16,770 bases of DNA, from NCBI GenBank assembly GCA_037147375.1, contig JBAWVI010000006.1, positions 1 to 16,770 on the forward strand. Reading direction: 5' to 3'. Numbering within the stretch: position 1 is the stretch's first letter; each line of letters starts with the position of its first letter. The translations under genes were made by a program, and so were the position numbers. The notes under the pieces were generated by a model. The model searched no databases. It was given only the letters and a program-made list of their open reading frames with translations, and was not told the DNA's origin. Source of the stretch: an archaeon (GTDB taxonomy: Archaea > Iainarchaeota > Iainarchaeia > Iainarchaeales > CSSED10-239). Below, piece after piece: positions 14,250-16,770 of this stretch.

Positions 14250-16770
14250 TGATTTCAATTAAGCTAATTAGTGGATAACTTGGCTTGTAAACCGAGTAAG
14301 AGCGTGGCAAGCTGCGATAAGCTTGGGGTAGGCGCATGCAGCCTTTGATCCCAAGATTCTTGAATTATCCAATCTCATAAAGGAGGTTGGAGGGTAACCT
14401 AGGGAATTGAAGCATCTTAGTACCTAGAGGAAAAGAAAACAATAGTGATACTGTTAATAGGGTCGACCGAAAACAGTGAAGAACAAACCGAATCTCATAT
14501 AGCAATATATGAGACATGTGGTGTTAAGAGGTAGTTACATCTAATGCACTCAAAATCGAAGTTGTCTGGAAAGACATACCATAGAGGGTGATAGTCCCGT
14601 AGAGATAAGGTGACAAGAGATGATTGCTGCTGTTCGAGAGTACTGCGCGTCGGATATCGCGTAGGAATACTGGCAGGCATTTACTGCTAATTCTAAATAT
14701 TTTACAAGACCGATAGTAAACGAGTACTGCGAAGGAATGTTGAAAAGTACCCCTAGCGGGGGGTTAAAAGCACTTGAAACTAATTAGCGACAGTTCGGGT
14801 ATGGCATGAAAGGAATGAAGGTAGACAATAAGTGAGTGTTGGTAACGGCATAAGCGTGTTCTGCTGGATCAATGTCATACTGTCCGTCAAGAAGCACGGG
14901 CGAGGGAGTTTGTTTATGTGGCAAGATTAAGTGATGAAGTCACTGTGTCATAGGGAAACCGATTTTGCGCAAAATTTCCAGGCAAGAGGTGTTAATGTGC
15001 CTCATAGTCACATGGACAAGACCCGAAAGCAGGTGATAAACGCTTGAACATGGTGAAACCGACCGTCTGGTTGGTGGAGGCCAGCAGCAGTTCCAGTCTA
15101 ACTGTTTGTGTGATTTGAGTGTAGGACTGATAAGGTTATCTAACCTGCTGATAGCGGGCTCCTATCAAAATAACTCTTAGGTTAGCCTGGCTGGAGAATG
15201 ATAACGGGGTAGAGATACTGATTAGGAAGTACTGGGAAGAAATTTCCACCTTCCTTGTCAAACTCCGAATCTGTTATTCTTCTTAGAAGGCCGGAGCAGG
15301 GGGTGGGGGATAAGCCTCTATTCCAAAAGGGAAAAAACCCGAACTACGATTAAGGCCCTTAAATACTAGTTAAGTGTGAACTTGAAAGGAGTGATTTACC
15401 AAATACAATTGGGAGGTTGGCTTAGAAGCAGCCATCCTTTAAAGAGTGCGTAATAGCTCACCAATCTATGGTATTTTGCCCTGAAAATTAACGGGGCTAA
15501 ACTAGTTGCCGAAATCGTAGAGCACAGGAAATCTGTGATCTGGTAGATAGGTGCTTTGATAGAGCAGAAGGTAGGCGGTAACGTCTACTGGATCTGTCAA
15601 AGATATGGATCCTCGTGTCAGTAACATCAAAGAAATGTGAGAATCATTTCCGCCGAAAGGGCAAGGGTTCCTTAGCACTAATTTTTAGCTAAGGGTAAGT
15701 CGATCCTAAAGATCTTCGTAACACGAAAACATCTGAAAGGGAAACAGGTTCATATTCCTGTACCAATAATACACGTGTGGCAACGCAAGTATAGTTTTTA
15801 ACGCTTTTGGCAAGGTGGAGTATGAAAGTCTTCATATCTAAGTGCCACAAATCTCTGGAGAATTGTAATAATGAGAAGGAGATTAATGTACGAATGGGGG
15901 AAACCTTCCATTGTCGTCAAGGGCCCATGAAAAGAAAGCTATACAGTGTTTTATTGCTCGTACCAAGAACTGAGAAAGGTGTCCCTAGCTGAGTAGGCTT
16001 AGGCGTAATAGGAGAACCAAACCAAGGGAATTCGGCAAATTAGCCCTGTATCTTCGGTACAAGGGGTGCTTACGGTTGTGTAAACTGTAAGTTTTAATTA
16101 CAAAGATGGTCCGACTGTTTAACAAAAACACAGGTGACTGCTAGCCGGAAACGGTGTGTATAGTCACTGACTTCTGCTCACTGCTAGTACGTGAACATCA
16201 GTTCCAACTGATCTAAGCGCTGGTAAAGAGCGGGCCTAACTCTGAGGCTCTCATGGTAGCGTAATACCTTGCCGATTAAATGTCGGCTTGCATCAAGGAA
16301 GTAACGAGATCGTCACTGTCCCTGGTTTGGACCTAGTGAACGTGCACTCGTGGTGAATACGCCACGGACAACCAAAGGGAGGATAAGACCCCACGGAGGT
16401 TTACCACAGTCTGATGTTGTTGTATTATTCTTGCTATAGAGCGTAGATGGGAGTCGCTTATGCTACTTTCGCTAGGGAGTAGATAGACACCAATGTAACA
16501 CCATCTAGTGAGAAAAATACATCTTACGTCTCTTGGAGACGGACATCATTTGATTTGGTGGTTGGACTGGGGCGGTACACCCCTGAAAGGATATCAGGGG
16601 TGTCCAAAGGTCTGCTCAGGCTGGTCAGAAATCAGCCGTAGAGGACAAAACCAAAAGCAGGCTTAACAATGTTCCTAAAAGCACGGAACGTTGGAAGGAA
16701 ACTTGGGTTTAGCGAACGCTAGTGTCCCTATTTATGGGGGCCTAGTCTGACAGTGAACTTACCCTGGGGG
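14250..16770 (+). rRNA. rrl: 23S (LSU) rRNA, archaeal type, 5' about 2.5 kb; 3' end beyond the window; 5' end uncertain by about 15 nt
   Basis: Collinear matches to remembered LSU landmarks. GTGGATAACTTGGC (14271). GGCAAGCTGCGATAAGC (14306). GGGAATTGAAGCATCTTAGTACC (14402). GGGTCGACCGAAA (14461; archaeal form). GACCGATAGTAAACGAGTAC (14709). GACCCGAAAGC (15020). GTPase-centre TTGGCTTAGAAGCAGCCATCCTTTAAAGAGTGCGTAATAGCTCACC (15417). GACTGTTTAACAAAAACACAG (16114). AAGACCCCAC (16386). CTGGGGCGG (16567). The window ends at ...CCCTGGGG, roughly E. coli position 2447. GC content is visibly much higher than in the flanking DNA. Confidence 0.95.

Noticed and set aside
14495-14680. 61-aa minus-strand ORF
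   Set aside because: It lies inside domain I of the 23S rRNA.
15807-15992. 61-aa plus-strand ORF
   Set aside because: It lies inside the 23S rRNA (domain III region). The rRNA landmarks on both sides are collinear, so it is not an intron or homing-endonuclease ORF.
14250-16770. Possible rRNA intron or large insertion in the 23S
   Set aside because: Distances between conserved landmarks track E. coli numbering, with a cumulative excess that peaks near 100 nt and stands at about 60 nt at the window end. That excess accrues mostly in the variable domain I/II region, as is normal for archaeal LSU. No discrete insertion or BHB-flanked segment was seen in the part covered.
1-16770. CRISPR arrays, transposases, integrases or prophage genes
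   Set aside because: There are no regularly spaced direct repeats, no DDE or tyrosine/serine recombinase-like ORFs, and no terminal inverted repeats flanking the cop or TA genes. The composition of these clusters matches their neighbours.

Overview
This is a very AT-rich archaeal chromosomal fragment. The archaeal assignment rests on an archaeal-type LeuRS, an archaeal-type 23S rRNA 5' domain, TATA-like promoters and oligo-T terminator tracts. A small-genome, DPANN-like lineage is my inference only. Stops are TAA or TGA, consistent with the standard code. Gene order, left to right: (1) the 3' end of a membrane-protein gene that runs off the left edge; (2) a DedA-family membrane protein; (3) tRNA-Asp(GUC); (4) leuS; (5) a membrane-tethered winged-helix regulator; (6) a tightly packed, SD-led copper cluster of copZ, a Met-rich glycine-zipper membrane protein, a cupredoxin-like exoprotein and the P1B-ATPase copA; (7) an RHH-antitoxin / RelE-ParE-like toxin pair; (8) a convergent Obg/YchF-type GTPase with a TGS domain; (9) two small orphan proteins, one a Cys-rich membrane-anchored ectodomain; (10) a 691-aa secreted beta-propeller surface protein on the minus strand; (11) a small wHTH-like protein; (12) a 430-bp ORF-free spacer; (13) the first ~2.5 kb of a 23S rRNA that runs off the right edge with no 16S or spacer tRNA upstream. 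The best candidate for something undescribed is the copper cluster. Between the canonical CopZ and CopA sit a polytopic protein with Gly at strict 4-residue spacing (16 of 17 positions) and a ~21% Met core, and a cupredoxin-like protein. A two-TM wHTH protein with an external CX5C loop lies just upstream, and a perfect 14-bp palindrome abuts the operon promoter. No transposase, integrase or CRISPR array was seen. All family assignments come from motif recognition by eye, not from searches.
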